DNA of 64,000 nucleotides from Candidatus Aldehydirespirator sp. (GTDB lineage: Bacteria; Actinomycetota; Acidimicrobiia; Acidimicrobiales; Aldehydirespiratoraceae). The notes beneath the pieces were generated by a model. It had not been told where the DNA came from. It searched no databases and worked only from the letters and a program-made list of their open reading frames with translations. Below are positions 19,533 through 27,767 of this stretch, one piece after another (positions within the stretch are counted from its first letter, which is position 1; each line of letters opens with the position of its first letter). The stretch is from contig CBDBEL010000001.1 in assembly GCA_965204415.1 (NCBI GenBank), positions 514,562 through 578,561 of the forward strand. The letters run 5' to 3'. Made by a program: the position numbers and the translations under genes.

Positions 19533-19630
19533 CGAGAGCCATGAGACTGCGCAGGATCGACGCTCGGGTGCGCTGCGACGGCGCAGCCAGCCCGAGGCAG
19601 AGGCGAGAGCCATGAGGCTACGCAGGATCG
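19533..19630 (+). repeat. junction duplication, period 71
   Basis: cgagagccatgagactgcgcaggatcg at 19533 versus cgagagccatgaggctacgcaggatcg at 19604; weaker similarity continues about 20 nt further. Confidence 0.8.
19541..19615 (+). other. candidate relay mini-ORF (24 codons, MRLRRIDARVRCDGAASPRQRREP)
   Basis: Duplicate of the extradiol dioxygenase start; its TGA overlaps the true ATG 19612 (ATGA). Confidence 0.4.
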
Positions 19631-20529
19631 GCTTCGGAGTGCGCGACGTCGAGGCTCAGGCCCGTTTCCTGCGGGAGGCGTTCGCCCTCGTGCCCGAGAA
19701 CGCCGGAGCCGGCGGTGCCCGGTTCTCTGCTCCGGGATCGGTCGAGCATGCCGTCACGTCGCTGCGGCCGGCCCCCGTCGACCGGGTCGATGAGGTGGCA
19801 TTCGCGGTCGAGAGCACCGATCAGGTCGACCATATGCACGCTCACCTCGTCGAGCTGCATGCCGACGTGGTCGACCGTCCCGGCCCGACCTCCGAAGGCG
19901 GCTACGGCTTCGAGGTGTTCGATCCCGAGGGCCACCTGCTGTCCATAGCGGCCAGCAGCGATGCGCGGACCCCGCCCGGCCATGAGACAGGGCACGGCGT
20001 GCCGCTCGACCTGAGCCACGTCGTGTTCGACAGTCCCGACATCGGCGCCCTCTCGGGCTGGTACTGCGCCGCGCTCGGCTTCCGGGTCACCGACTGGCTA
20101 GAGGACAAGCTCGTCTTCATGACCACCAGCCGCCACCACCACCAGATCGCGCTGGCCACCTCCGCCAACTCGGGCCTGAACCATGTCGCCTACGAGTGCG
20201 CCGACATCGACGACTTCATGCGAGCCACCGGCCGCACCATGCGGCTGGGACATGCGCTGCTGTGGGGACCAGGGCGGCACGGGCCCGGCGACAACACGTT
20301 CGCCTACTTCCGCTCGCCGGCCGGCTTCATCTGCGAGTTCACCACCGGACTCGAGCTCACCGACAGCCCGGACTGGGTCGTGCGCACCTGGGAGTCAGTG
20401 CCCGAGCAGGCGGACCTGTGGGGCACGTCCAATCCCCGCCCCAACGACGCCTTCGGCACCACCGCAGACCCCGGCCTAGGAATCCTCCCCAACAGCCCCG
20501 AGGAACTCGAACTCCTATCAGCCCGCTGA
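19612..20529 (+). CDS. extradiol ring-cleavage dioxygenase (two-domain VOC, catechol 2,3-dioxygenase-like)
   Basis: 305 aa; HHHQIAL, LNHVAYE, GPGRHGPGDNTFAYF, EF motifs. Confidence 0.85.
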   Translation: MRLRRIGFGVRDVEAQARFLREAFALVPENAGAGGARFSAPGSVEHAVTSLRPAPVDRVDEVAFAVESTDQVDHMHAHLVELHADVVDRPGPTSEGGYGFEVFDPEGHLLSIAASSDARTPPGHETGHGVPLDLSHVVFDSPDIGALSGWYCAALGFRVTDWLEDKLVFMTTSRHHHQIALATSANSGLNHVAYECADIDDFMRATGRTMRLGHALLWGPGRHGPGDNTFAYFRSPAGFICEFTTGLELTDSPDWVVRTWESVPEQADLWGTSNPRPNDAFGTTADPGLGILPNSPEELELLSAR

Positions 20530-20530
20530 C

Positions 20531-22822
20531 TCAGGCCGTCACCCGGATCGACCGGCAGAGGGTGTGTAGGTGTTCGGGGGTTAGGGGTAGGGAAGTGACT
20601 GCGCCGGGGCGGTTGAGGGCGTCGTCTATGGCGGACGCGATGACGGCGCCGCAGGCGTTGGTGCCGCCCTCGCCGGCGCCTTTGACGCCGAGCGGGTTGA
20701 GCGGGCTGGGGGCGTCCTCGGACAGCAGGATCTCCAGGTCGGGCATCTCGGCCGCGGTGGGCATCAGGTAGTCCATGAACGTGGTCGCCTGGGGCTGGCC
20801 GATCTCGTCGTAGCTGAAGTCCTCGAACAGCGCCCCGCCGAAGCCCTGGGCCGCGCCGCCGACGATCTGGCCCTCCACCAGCATCGGGTTGATGGCCCGC
20901 CCGATGTCGTAGGCGATCACGTAGCGCTCGATCCCGACGCTGCCGGTGCCGGGATCGAGCACCACCACCCCGGCGTGCAGCCCGTACGGGTAGTTCATGT
21001 GGCTGGTCAGGTACCACTCCTCGGTCACCAGCCCCGGCCGGCCGTCCGCGTAGGGCGACGCCGGGCCGAGAGCCGACGCGACCTCGCCCAGCGACACCGC
21101 CTGCGCGGGCGAGCCGACCACGCTGACGGCACCGTCGACCAGCTCCAGGTCGTCGGGGCTGGCCTCGAGCATCTCGGCCGCGACCTCGATGGCCCGCTGT
21201 CGCAGCGCGACGCTGGCTTCGTGGGTGGCGGTGCCCGCCATCACGGTCGCCCGGCTGGCGAAGGCGCCCATCCCGTGGGACATCTGATCGGTCTGGCCGT
21301 GCACCACCGAGATCCGGTCCAGGCCCACGCCGAGGGCCTCGGCGCAGATCTGGGCCATGACCGTCTCGAATCCCTGGCCCACCGACGCCTCTCCGGTGGT
21401 GACGGTCACGCAGCCCGACGGGTCCACCTCGACCCGGCTCCCCGCGAAGGGACCCAGGCCCGACTTCTCGACGAAGAAGCCGAGCCCCAGCCCGACCAGC
21501 TCGCCGGCCGCCCGCCGCTCGGCCAGCGACCGGGTCAGGGCCGGATAGTCGATGTGGCCCAGGACGCGGTCGAGCATCGTCTCGTACTGGCCGGAGTCGT
21601 AGACGACCGGCGTGCCGAGCGCGTCGATGCCGCGCTCGAACGGCATCTCGGTGGATGCGATCAGGTTGCGGCGCCGTATCTCGGCCCGGTCGACTCCCAG
21701 CTCGGCCGCGACCGCGTCGAGGGCCCGCTCCCGCACGAAGGTGCTCTCGTAGCGCCCCGGCGCCCGGTAGGTGCCGGCCGGGGTCTTGTTCGACAGGCGC
21801 ACCCGGCCGGTCACCCGGTAGTTCGGGATCCGGTACGGGCCCGGCAGCATGGCCGCGGCCAGGGTCGCCACCGTCGCTCCGTGGGTGCGCACGTAGGCGC
21901 CCTGATCGCTTACGAACTCCGCCTCCAGGCCCTCGATCACCCCCGAGGCGTCGGTGGCCACCCGCAGGCGGTGGCGCTGGTCGCGGGAGTGGTTGGCCGC
22001 CACCAGATGCTCCTGGCGGTCCTCGATCCACTTCACCGGCCGGCCCAGCCGCAGTGCCGCCAACGCCACCAGCACGTCCTCGGGGTACAGCTCGCCCCGC
22101 ACGCCGAACCCGCCCCCCACATGGGCCTCGCGCAGCACCACCCGCGAGGGCGGCAGGCCCAGCATCCTGGCCAGGGCGTCGCGGTTCTGGAACGGCACCT
22201 TGGCCGCGCCCAGGAACTCGAGCGTCTGCGTGGTCCGGTGGTGCACGGCCAGCGCACCCCGGCACTCCAGAGGCACGCCGGTGTGCCGTCCCACGCTGAA
22301 CTCGGCCGCGAGCACGTGCTCGGCCCGGGCGAAGGCCGCGTCGACGTCTCCGGTCTGCTCGGTGAACACGTAGGCCTCGGTGTCGAGCCGCCCGTCGAAG
22401 TCGCCGAGCTCACCGGCGGCGTCGAGCACCGGGGCCAGCTCCGACACCTCCACGACCACAGCCTCCGCGCCGTCCTCGGCGGTGTAGGGATCGGCTGCGA
22501 ACACCGCCGCGACGGGCTCGCCCACGTAGCGCACCCGCTCCTGGGCCAGGATCGGCTGGCGGTACGGCACCATCTGGTCGGCGCCCACCTGCCGGAAGTC
22601 GATGGGACCGACATCGGAGACGTCGGCGCCTGTCCAGACCGCGGCCACACCGGGCACGGCCAGCGCCCCGGCGGCGTCTATGGACTCGATCGTGCCGTGG
22701 GCCGCGTGCGATCTGACGATCCGCATGTGGAGCTGGTGCGGAAGGTCGATGTCGGCGACGAAGCGGCCCTCGCCCCGCAGCAGGGGCCGGTCCTCGAGAC
22801 GGAGAACCGACTCGCCGATCAC
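20531..22822 (-). CDS. molybdopterin-binding large subunit, xanthine dehydrogenase/CoxL family (second L of the operon)
   Basis: 763 aa; GTG start; AGTYRAPG, GGGFG, GVKGAGEGG. Confidence 0.9.
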   Translation of the reverse strand: MIGESVLRLEDRPLLRGEGRFVADIDLPHQLHMRIVRSHAAHGTIESIDAAGALAVPGVAAVWTGADVSDVGPIDFRQVGADQMVPYRQPILAQERVRYVGEPVAAVFAADPYTAEDGAEAVVVEVSELAPVLDAAGELGDFDGRLDTEAYVFTEQTGDVDAAFARAEHVLAAEFSVGRHTGVPLECRGALAVHHRTTQTLEFLGAAKVPFQNRDALARMLGLPPSRVVLREAHVGGGFGVRGELYPEDVLVALAALRLGRPVKWIEDRQEHLVAANHSRDQRHRLRVATDASGVIEGLEAEFVSDQGAYVRTHGATVATLAAAMLPGPYRIPNYRVTGRVRLSNKTPAGTYRAPGRYESTFVRERALDAVAAELGVDRAEIRRRNLIASTEMPFERGIDALGTPVVYDSGQYETMLDRVLGHIDYPALTRSLAERRAAGELVGLGLGFFVEKSGLGPFAGSRVEVDPSGCVTVTTGEASVGQGFETVMAQICAEALGVGLDRISVVHGQTDQMSHGMGAFASRATVMAGTATHEASVALRQRAIEVAAEMLEASPDDLELVDGAVSVVGSPAQAVSLGEVASALGPASPYADGRPGLVTEEWYLTSHMNYPYGLHAGVVVLDPGTGSVGIERYVIAYDIGRAINPMLVEGQIVGGAAQGFGGALFEDFSYDEIGQPQATTFMDYLMPTAAEMPDLEILLSEDAPSPLNPLGVKGAGEGGTNACGAVIASAIDDALNRPGAVTSLPLTPEHLHTLCRSIRVTA

Positions 22823-22890
22823 GGCACCCCCGCGGGCCGATCCGCAGACGGGACCGACTCGCCGATCACGGCGCCCCCGCGGGCCGATCC
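22807..22890 (-). repeat. junction duplication, two 37-nt copies with period 47
   Basis: ccgactcgccgatcacggc(a/g)cccccgcgggccgatcc at 22807-22843 and 22854-22890, one mismatch. Confidence 0.9.
22819..22869 (-). other. candidate relay mini-ORF (16 codons, VIGESVPSADRPAGVP)
   Basis: Duplicate of the large-subunit start; its TGA overlaps the true GTG 22822 (GTGA). Confidence 0.4.
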
Positions 22891-22940
22891 AGGGACAGAC
22901 CAGAGGCCGCGGCCCGGAAGCCGAACGTGTCTGCGGTCAC
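22866..22940 (-). other. candidate relay mini-ORF (24 codons)
   Basis: GTG 22940 overlaps the CoxS-like stop (GTGA); its TGA overlaps GTG 22869. Confidence 0.4.
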
Positions 22941-23416
22941 GACCGCATCTGGTCGCGGGCCGCGTGCACCGACGTGATGATGTTCTGGTAGCCGGTGCAG
23001 CGGCACAGGTTCGACGCCAGCACCTCGCGCAGCTCCTCGTCGCCGATGTCGGGGCGGGACTCGAGAACCGACGTGGCCAGCATCAGGAAGCCCGGCGTGC
23101 AGAAGCCGCACTGCAGCCCGTGGTGCTCCCAGAACGCCTGCTGGATGGGATGGAGGCGCTCGCCGTCGGCGAGTCCCTCGACGGTTCGTATCGCCTGGTC
23201 GCCGCACTGCACCGCGAACATGAGACAGGACCGGACCGGCTCGTCGTCGACCAGCACGGTGCAGGCGCCGCACACGCCGTGCTCGCAGCCGAGGTGGGTT
23301 CCGGTCAGCCCGCAGTCCTCGCGCAGCGTGTCGGCCAGGGTCTTGCGGGGCTCGACGGCCACGTCGTAGGGCCGGCCGTTCACGGTCAGGGTCAGCTCGG
23401 CACGGGGCGCGGTCAT
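22937..23416 (-). CDS. (2Fe-2S)-binding small subunit (CoxS-like)
   Basis: CEHGVCGACT, CGFCTPGF, NLCRCTGY; ATGA overlap with the upstream L subunit. Confidence 0.9.
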   Translation of the reverse strand: MTAPRAELTLTVNGRPYDVAVEPRKTLADTLREDCGLTGTHLGCEHGVCGACTVLVDDEPVRSCLMFAVQCGDQAIRTVEGLADGERLHPIQQAFWEHHGLQCGFCTPGFLMLATSVLESRPDIGDEELREVLASNLCRCTGYQNIITSVHAARDQMRS

Positions 23417-25761
23417 TCTCGGCCTCCTGTGGTGGCGGGTTGTGCCCGGCGGATCAGCTCCCGCACCCGGGCGGGGGTGGCCGGCATCTCGTTGACCTCG
23501 ATCCCCAGCGGCGCCAGCGCGTCCGAGACGGCGTTCAGCACCGCAGCCGGGGCACCGATGGCGCCGCCCTCCCCCACCCCTTTGGCCCCGGTGATCGAAG
23601 CGTCGGTGATGGTCTGGACATGGGTCACCTCGATGATGGGGATCTCGGCCGCGGTCGGGGGCAGGAAGTCCATGAGCGACGCCGTCAGCAGGTTGCCGTC
23701 GTCGTCGGTCACCAGCTCCTCGTAGAGGGCGTTGGCGATCCCCTGGGTCACCCCGCCGTGGATCTGCCCCTCGACGATCATCGGGTTGACCTCCACGCCG
23801 GCGTCGGCGATCACCACGAACCGCTCGAGGCGGACATGGCCGGTGTCGGGGTCGACCTCCACCACGGCCGCATGGCAGGCGTTGGAGAACGTCCCGGCCG
23901 GGTCGTAGGTGGCGGTCACCGCCAGGCCGGGCTCCAACCCGTCGGGCAGGAGGTGGCTGCTGTGATGGGCGATGCGGGCGATCTCCGGCAGCGTGACGCC
24001 GACGCTGGTCCCGGCCACGACCGCGGAGCCCTGCTCCAGGCGGATGTCCTCGGGGCTGGCCTCCAGATGGTGGGCCGCGATCTCCTTGAGCCGGGCCGCG
24101 AGGCGCTCGGCTGCCAGCTTGGTCGCCCCTCCGGCGATGACCATGGACCGGCTGGCGAAGGTGCCCCAGCCGTAGGGGGTGTTGTCGGTGTCGCCGTGGA
24201 CCACGGCCACCTGCTGGGGCTCGACGCCGAGCTCGTCGGCCAGCAGCTGCGACAGGGCGGTGGCCAGCCCCTGGCCGTGGGGCGACGCACCGATGCGGGC
24301 CGTGACGTCGCCGGACGGGTTCATCTCCAGTTGCACGGTCTCGTAGCCGGGGGTGATCTCCATGGCCCGGGCCGCGAACGCGGGCGTGCCGTAGCCGGTG
24401 CGCTCACCGAACACCGAGAACCCGACCCCCAGGTAGCGGCCCTCGGTCGCAGCCCGCCGCTGTTGGCGGCGGAAGCCCTCGAGGTCCAGTGCCTCGACGG
24501 CCGCGTCGAGGGTCTCGACGTAGGAGCCCGGATCGACGGGCAGCCCGGTGGGCATGGAGTACGGGAACTCCTTGACCAGGTTGGCGCGCCGGATCTCGAC
24601 CGGGTCGAGGCCCAGCCGGCGGGCGGCGGTGTCCATCAGCCGCTCCATGGCCAGGGTCAGCACCGGGCGGGAGACGCCGCGGTAGGGGGCGATCGGGCAC
24701 ATGTTGGTGGTGACACCCCTGGAGCGCACCCGGTACTGCGACAGCCGGTACGGTCCGGGAAGCTCGGCCATGGCCATGAGGGGCTCGACACCGAAGGTGA
24801 CCGGATAGTTGCTGTAGGCGCCGATGTTGCACACGATGTCGGCGTCGAGGCCCACCAGGAGCCCGTCCGCGGTGAAGGCGCCCCTCAGCCGGTAGCTGTG
24901 GTCGCGGCTGTGCCAGGAGGCCAGCAGGTTCTCGGAGCGGTCCTCGATCCAGGCGATGGTGGCCCCGAGCAGGCGGGCCGCCGCCACCAGCGCCACGTAC
25001 TCGCGGGGCACGCACATCTTCTGCCCGAACGCGCCTCCCACCTCGGGGGTCACCACCCGCAGCTGGGCCTCCGGAATGTCGAGGATGTCGGCCAGCGCGG
25101 TGCGCAGCATGTGGGGCATCTGGTTGGCGGCGGTGAGCGTGGTGCGGCCGGTGCCGGGGTCGTGGGACGCCAGCGCCCCCCGGGCCTCGATGGGCAGCGC
25201 GTTCTGCCGGTGGGCCCGGATGTCGAGGGTGACGATCTCGTCGGCCGAGTCGAACGCCTCGTCCACCCCTCCGGTCGCCATGCGGGCGTCGAGAACCACG
25301 TTGTTCCCCATCGGCATGTCGAGACCGGCATGCACCGTCGGCGCGGCCGGGTCGATAGCCGCAGCCGCGTCCAGCACCGGAGGAGTCGCCTCGATGTCGA
25401 CGATCACCTGCTCGGCCAGGTCCTCGGCCTCGGCCCGCGAGCCGGCCACCACGAGGGCCACCGGCTCTCCCGGATGGCGCACCGCGTCCGACGCCAGCAC
25501 CGGCGTCTCCAAGGCCACGAAATCGGGCCGGTCGAGCCGGGCGCAGATCGTCCGCATCCCCGGGAAGCTCGCCGCGGTGAGCACCGGCGCGCCCGGGGGC
25601 GCCTCGATCGAGCGGACCTCACCCGCCGGGACGGAGCTGCGCACGAAGGCGGCGTGCATCGTGCCTGGGTGATGGTCGGCGACATCGGCGACGAACCGGC
25701 CCAGACCACGGACGAGGGCCGGGTCCTCGAACCGGCGCAGCGACCGACCGGTCCACCTCAT
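23413..25761 (-). CDS. molybdopterin-binding large subunit, xanthine dehydrogenase/CoxL family (first L of the operon)
   Basis: 782 aa; APYRGVSRP, GGAFG, GAKGVGEGG. Confidence 0.9.
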   Translation of the reverse strand: MRWTGRSLRRFEDPALVRGLGRFVADVADHHPGTMHAAFVRSSVPAGEVRSIEAPPGAPVLTAASFPGMRTICARLDRPDFVALETPVLASDAVRHPGEPVALVVAGSRAEAEDLAEQVIVDIEATPPVLDAAAAIDPAAPTVHAGLDMPMGNNVVLDARMATGGVDEAFDSADEIVTLDIRAHRQNALPIEARGALASHDPGTGRTTLTAANQMPHMLRTALADILDIPEAQLRVVTPEVGGAFGQKMCVPREYVALVAAARLLGATIAWIEDRSENLLASWHSRDHSYRLRGAFTADGLLVGLDADIVCNIGAYSNYPVTFGVEPLMAMAELPGPYRLSQYRVRSRGVTTNMCPIAPYRGVSRPVLTLAMERLMDTAARRLGLDPVEIRRANLVKEFPYSMPTGLPVDPGSYVETLDAAVEALDLEGFRRQQRRAATEGRYLGVGFSVFGERTGYGTPAFAARAMEITPGYETVQLEMNPSGDVTARIGASPHGQGLATALSQLLADELGVEPQQVAVVHGDTDNTPYGWGTFASRSMVIAGGATKLAAERLAARLKEIAAHHLEASPEDIRLEQGSAVVAGTSVGVTLPEIARIAHHSSHLLPDGLEPGLAVTATYDPAGTFSNACHAAVVEVDPDTGHVRLERFVVIADAGVEVNPMIVEGQIHGGVTQGIANALYEELVTDDDGNLLTASLMDFLPPTAAEIPIIEVTHVQTITDASITGAKGVGEGGAIGAPAAVLNAVSDALAPLGIEVNEMPATPARVRELIRRAQPATTGGRE

Positions 25762-25820
25762 GCCAGCCTGCCCGACACGGCGATGCGCCGCGAAGCGGGG
25801 TTCCTCGCGCCGGCCGTCAT
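25758..25820 (-). other. candidate relay mini-ORF (20 codons, MTAGARNPASRRIAVSGRLA)
   Basis: Its TGA overlaps the large-subunit ATG 25761 (ATGA). Confidence 0.35.
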
Positions 25821-25837
25821 GGCTCGAGGATCCTCAC
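25817..25837 (-). other. candidate relay mini-ORF (6 codons, VRILEP)
   Basis: GTG overlaps the CoxM-like stop (GTGA); its TGA overlaps ATG 25820. Confidence 0.35.
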
Positions 25838-26694
25838 GCCAGAGCCTGGTCCAACGCCCGGGTGACCATGGTCCGAACAAGGTCCCTGCGGTAGTCGGCC
25901 GAGCCGTGGATGTCGCCGGTGGGGTCCACCTCCTCGGCGGCCACCGCGGCCGCGGCCGCGACCGTCTCGGCCGTCGCGGGACGACCGGCCATGGCGGCCT
26001 CCGCGTTGGCGGCCCGCACCGGCCCGCCGGCCACGCCCCCCAGCGCGATGCGGGCACTGGCGATCGAGTCGCCGTCGCGCTCGACGGCCGTGACCGCCAA
26101 CACGATGGCGAAGTCGCCCCAGCGGCGGGCGAACTCGGCCATGCCGACTCCCCAGGAGTCGCCCAGCCGCGGGAGCCGCACGCCGACCAGCAGCTCGTCG
26201 GGCTCCAGGCAGGTGGTGAAGGCCATCTGCTCGAAGAAGTCGCCGGCCGCGACGGTCCGCGAGCCGCTCGCGCTGCGGCAGTGGATCTCGGCGTCGAGGG
26301 CGCAGGCCAGCGCGCACCATTCGGCGGCCGGGTCGGCGTGGGCGAGGCTGCCGCCGAAGGTGCCCCGGACCCGTATCGGGTAGTGGCCCACCCACCGTCC
26401 TGTCGAGGCGATCAGCGAGCCCAGCGGCCCTGCGATCGTGTTGTGCTCCAGGTCCAGGTGGCGCACTCGGGCGCCGATGGTGACGCTTCCGGGGTCGGCC
26501 TCGTCGATGCGGTCGAGATCGGGAACACCGGCGATGTCGACCAGCACCTCCGGCCGGGCCAGCCGGAAGTTCATGGCGGGCACGAGGCTCTGGCCGCCGG
26601 CGAGAACCTTGGCCTCGTCCTGGTGCTCGTGCAGCAGGCCCAGGGCCTCCTCCAGCGTCCGGGGCGCGTGGTATTCGAAGGCGGCGGGCTTCAC
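25834..26694 (-). CDS. FAD-binding medium subunit (CoxM-like)
   Basis: 286 aa; MKPAAFEYHAP.., KVLAGGQSLVPAM. Confidence 0.85.
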   Translation of the reverse strand: MKPAAFEYHAPRTLEEALGLLHEHQDEAKVLAGGQSLVPAMNFRLARPEVLVDIAGVPDLDRIDEADPGSVTIGARVRHLDLEHNTIAGPLGSLIASTGRWVGHYPIRVRGTFGGSLAHADPAAEWCALACALDAEIHCRSASGSRTVAAGDFFEQMAFTTCLEPDELLVGVRLPRLGDSWGVGMAEFARRWGDFAIVLAVTAVERDGDSIASARIALGGVAGGPVRAANAEAAMAGRPATAETVAAAAAVAAEEVDPTGDIHGSADYRRDLVRTMVTRALDQALA

Positions 26695-26857
26695 GGCGTC
26701 ACCGTATCCGCACCGGAATCTGAGAGGAGGATGCGGTGCTCACCGAACGACAACCCTATGCTCGCCCCGGCTACGCGGGCGCATCGAGCGTGATCGGAGA
26801 TCGGCTCGGGCCGGGGCGGAGCCACCAACCCGAAACAGACCCCTGACAGGAGATGCC

Positions 26858-27250
26858 GTGCCCCGCAAAGAGGAGATCCGAGTCGACCACCTCAACCCGC
26901 CCATCAGCCACTACACCGACGCGACCCGCTTCGGCGACCTGCTCTTCATCTCGGGGTGCGGTCCGCTCGACTCCGAAGGCAAGCTCGTGGGCGGTGACGA
27001 CGTGGCGGCCCAGGCCCGGGCCACGTTGGAGAACATCGGGGCGATCCTCGAGGCAGCCGGCGCCACCTTCGCCGACGTGCTCAAGGTCATCGTCTACCTC
27101 ACCGACATCAACGACCGGGCCGCCATCAATCCGGTGCGCCAGGAGTTCTTCGGCGACGAGCGGCCGTGCAGCACCCTGATCGGCATCAACGAACTGGTCG
27201 TTGAGGGGATGAAGGTCGAGATCGAGGCCATAGCCGGCATCCCGAGCTGA
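26858..27250 (+). CDS. ridA: RidA/YjgF-family reactive-intermediate deaminase
   Basis: GTG 26858 after CAGGAG. ..FISGCGPLD.., VKVIVYLTD, EIEAIA C-terminus. Confidence 0.8.
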   Translation: MPRKEEIRVDHLNPPISHYTDATRFGDLLFISGCGPLDSEGKLVGGDDVAAQARATLENIGAILEAAGATFADVLKVIVYLTDINDRAAINPVRQEFFGDERPCSTLIGINELVVEGMKVEIEAIAGIPS

Positions 27251-27285
27251 CCGGCCCTCCGGCAGGCGTCGCCGAGTCGCCGCTT

Positions 27286-27404
27286 CAGTCGAACCCGAGG
27301 GCCGGTCGAACCCGCCGGCCAGCCGAACCCGCCGGCCAGCCGAACCCGCCGGCCAGCCGAACCCGCCGGCCAGCCGAACCCGCCGGTCAGTCGAATCCGA
27401 GCAG
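27286..27404. repeat. 17-bp tandem repeat, about 7 units
   Basis: cagccgaacccgccggc x4 near-perfect, plus degenerate flanking units. The last unit contains the stop and last codons of cupin 27387-27767. Confidence 0.9.
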
Positions 27405-27767
27405 GCGCAGCAGGTTCCGGTCCGGTGGGCAGGGCCCGCCGATGCTCACGATCCGCTCGCCCCGGTCGGCCATGACCGCGTGCTCCACCCCTGCGGGCAC
27501 GTGGATGACCTGGCCGGCCTCGAACTCGAGCCGGGCGTCGTTGGTGAGGTCGCTCACCGTGCCCCGGCCCTCGAGGCAGAAGATCGTGTCCTCGGAGTCG
27601 TCGTGGGTGTGGGGGACGTTCTCCTCGCCCGGCTCTAGCACGACGTAGTTCATGTTGGCCACCTCGGCGCCGACGCCCGGCCAGACCACGAACCGGGCGT
27701 CGCTGGAGATCATGGGCGCCTTCAGGCTGGGCGTGTCGCGGTGAAACACTCGGATGGCCATGGTCAT
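27387..27767 (-). CDS. cupin domain protein
   Basis: HTHDDSEDTIFCLEGRG.. and HVPAGVEHA. ATG 27767 overlaps the upstream stop (ATGA); alternative ATG at 27761. Confidence 0.75.
   Translation of the reverse strand: MTMAIRVFHRDTPSLKAPMISSDARFVVWPGVGAEVANMNYVVLEPGEENVPHTHDDSEDTIFCLEGRGTVSDLTNDARLEFEAGQVIHVPAGVEHAVMADRGERIVSIGGPCPPDRNLLRLLGFD

Noticed and set aside
23440-26793. 1117-aa ORF on the + strand; similarly 20975-23725 (916 aa), 5773-7602 (609 aa), 19-768 and many others in the track
   Set aside because: These are shadow ORFs typical of very GC-rich DNA. They are Arg/Pro/Gly/Ala-rich low-complexity translations with no motifs. Each lies antisense to or out of frame with a gene that carries clear family motifs.
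27286-27404. CRISPR array (also considered for 41545-41664)
   Set aside because: These are head-to-tail repeats of 17 and 15 bp with no spacers, there are no cas genes, and one array is coding.
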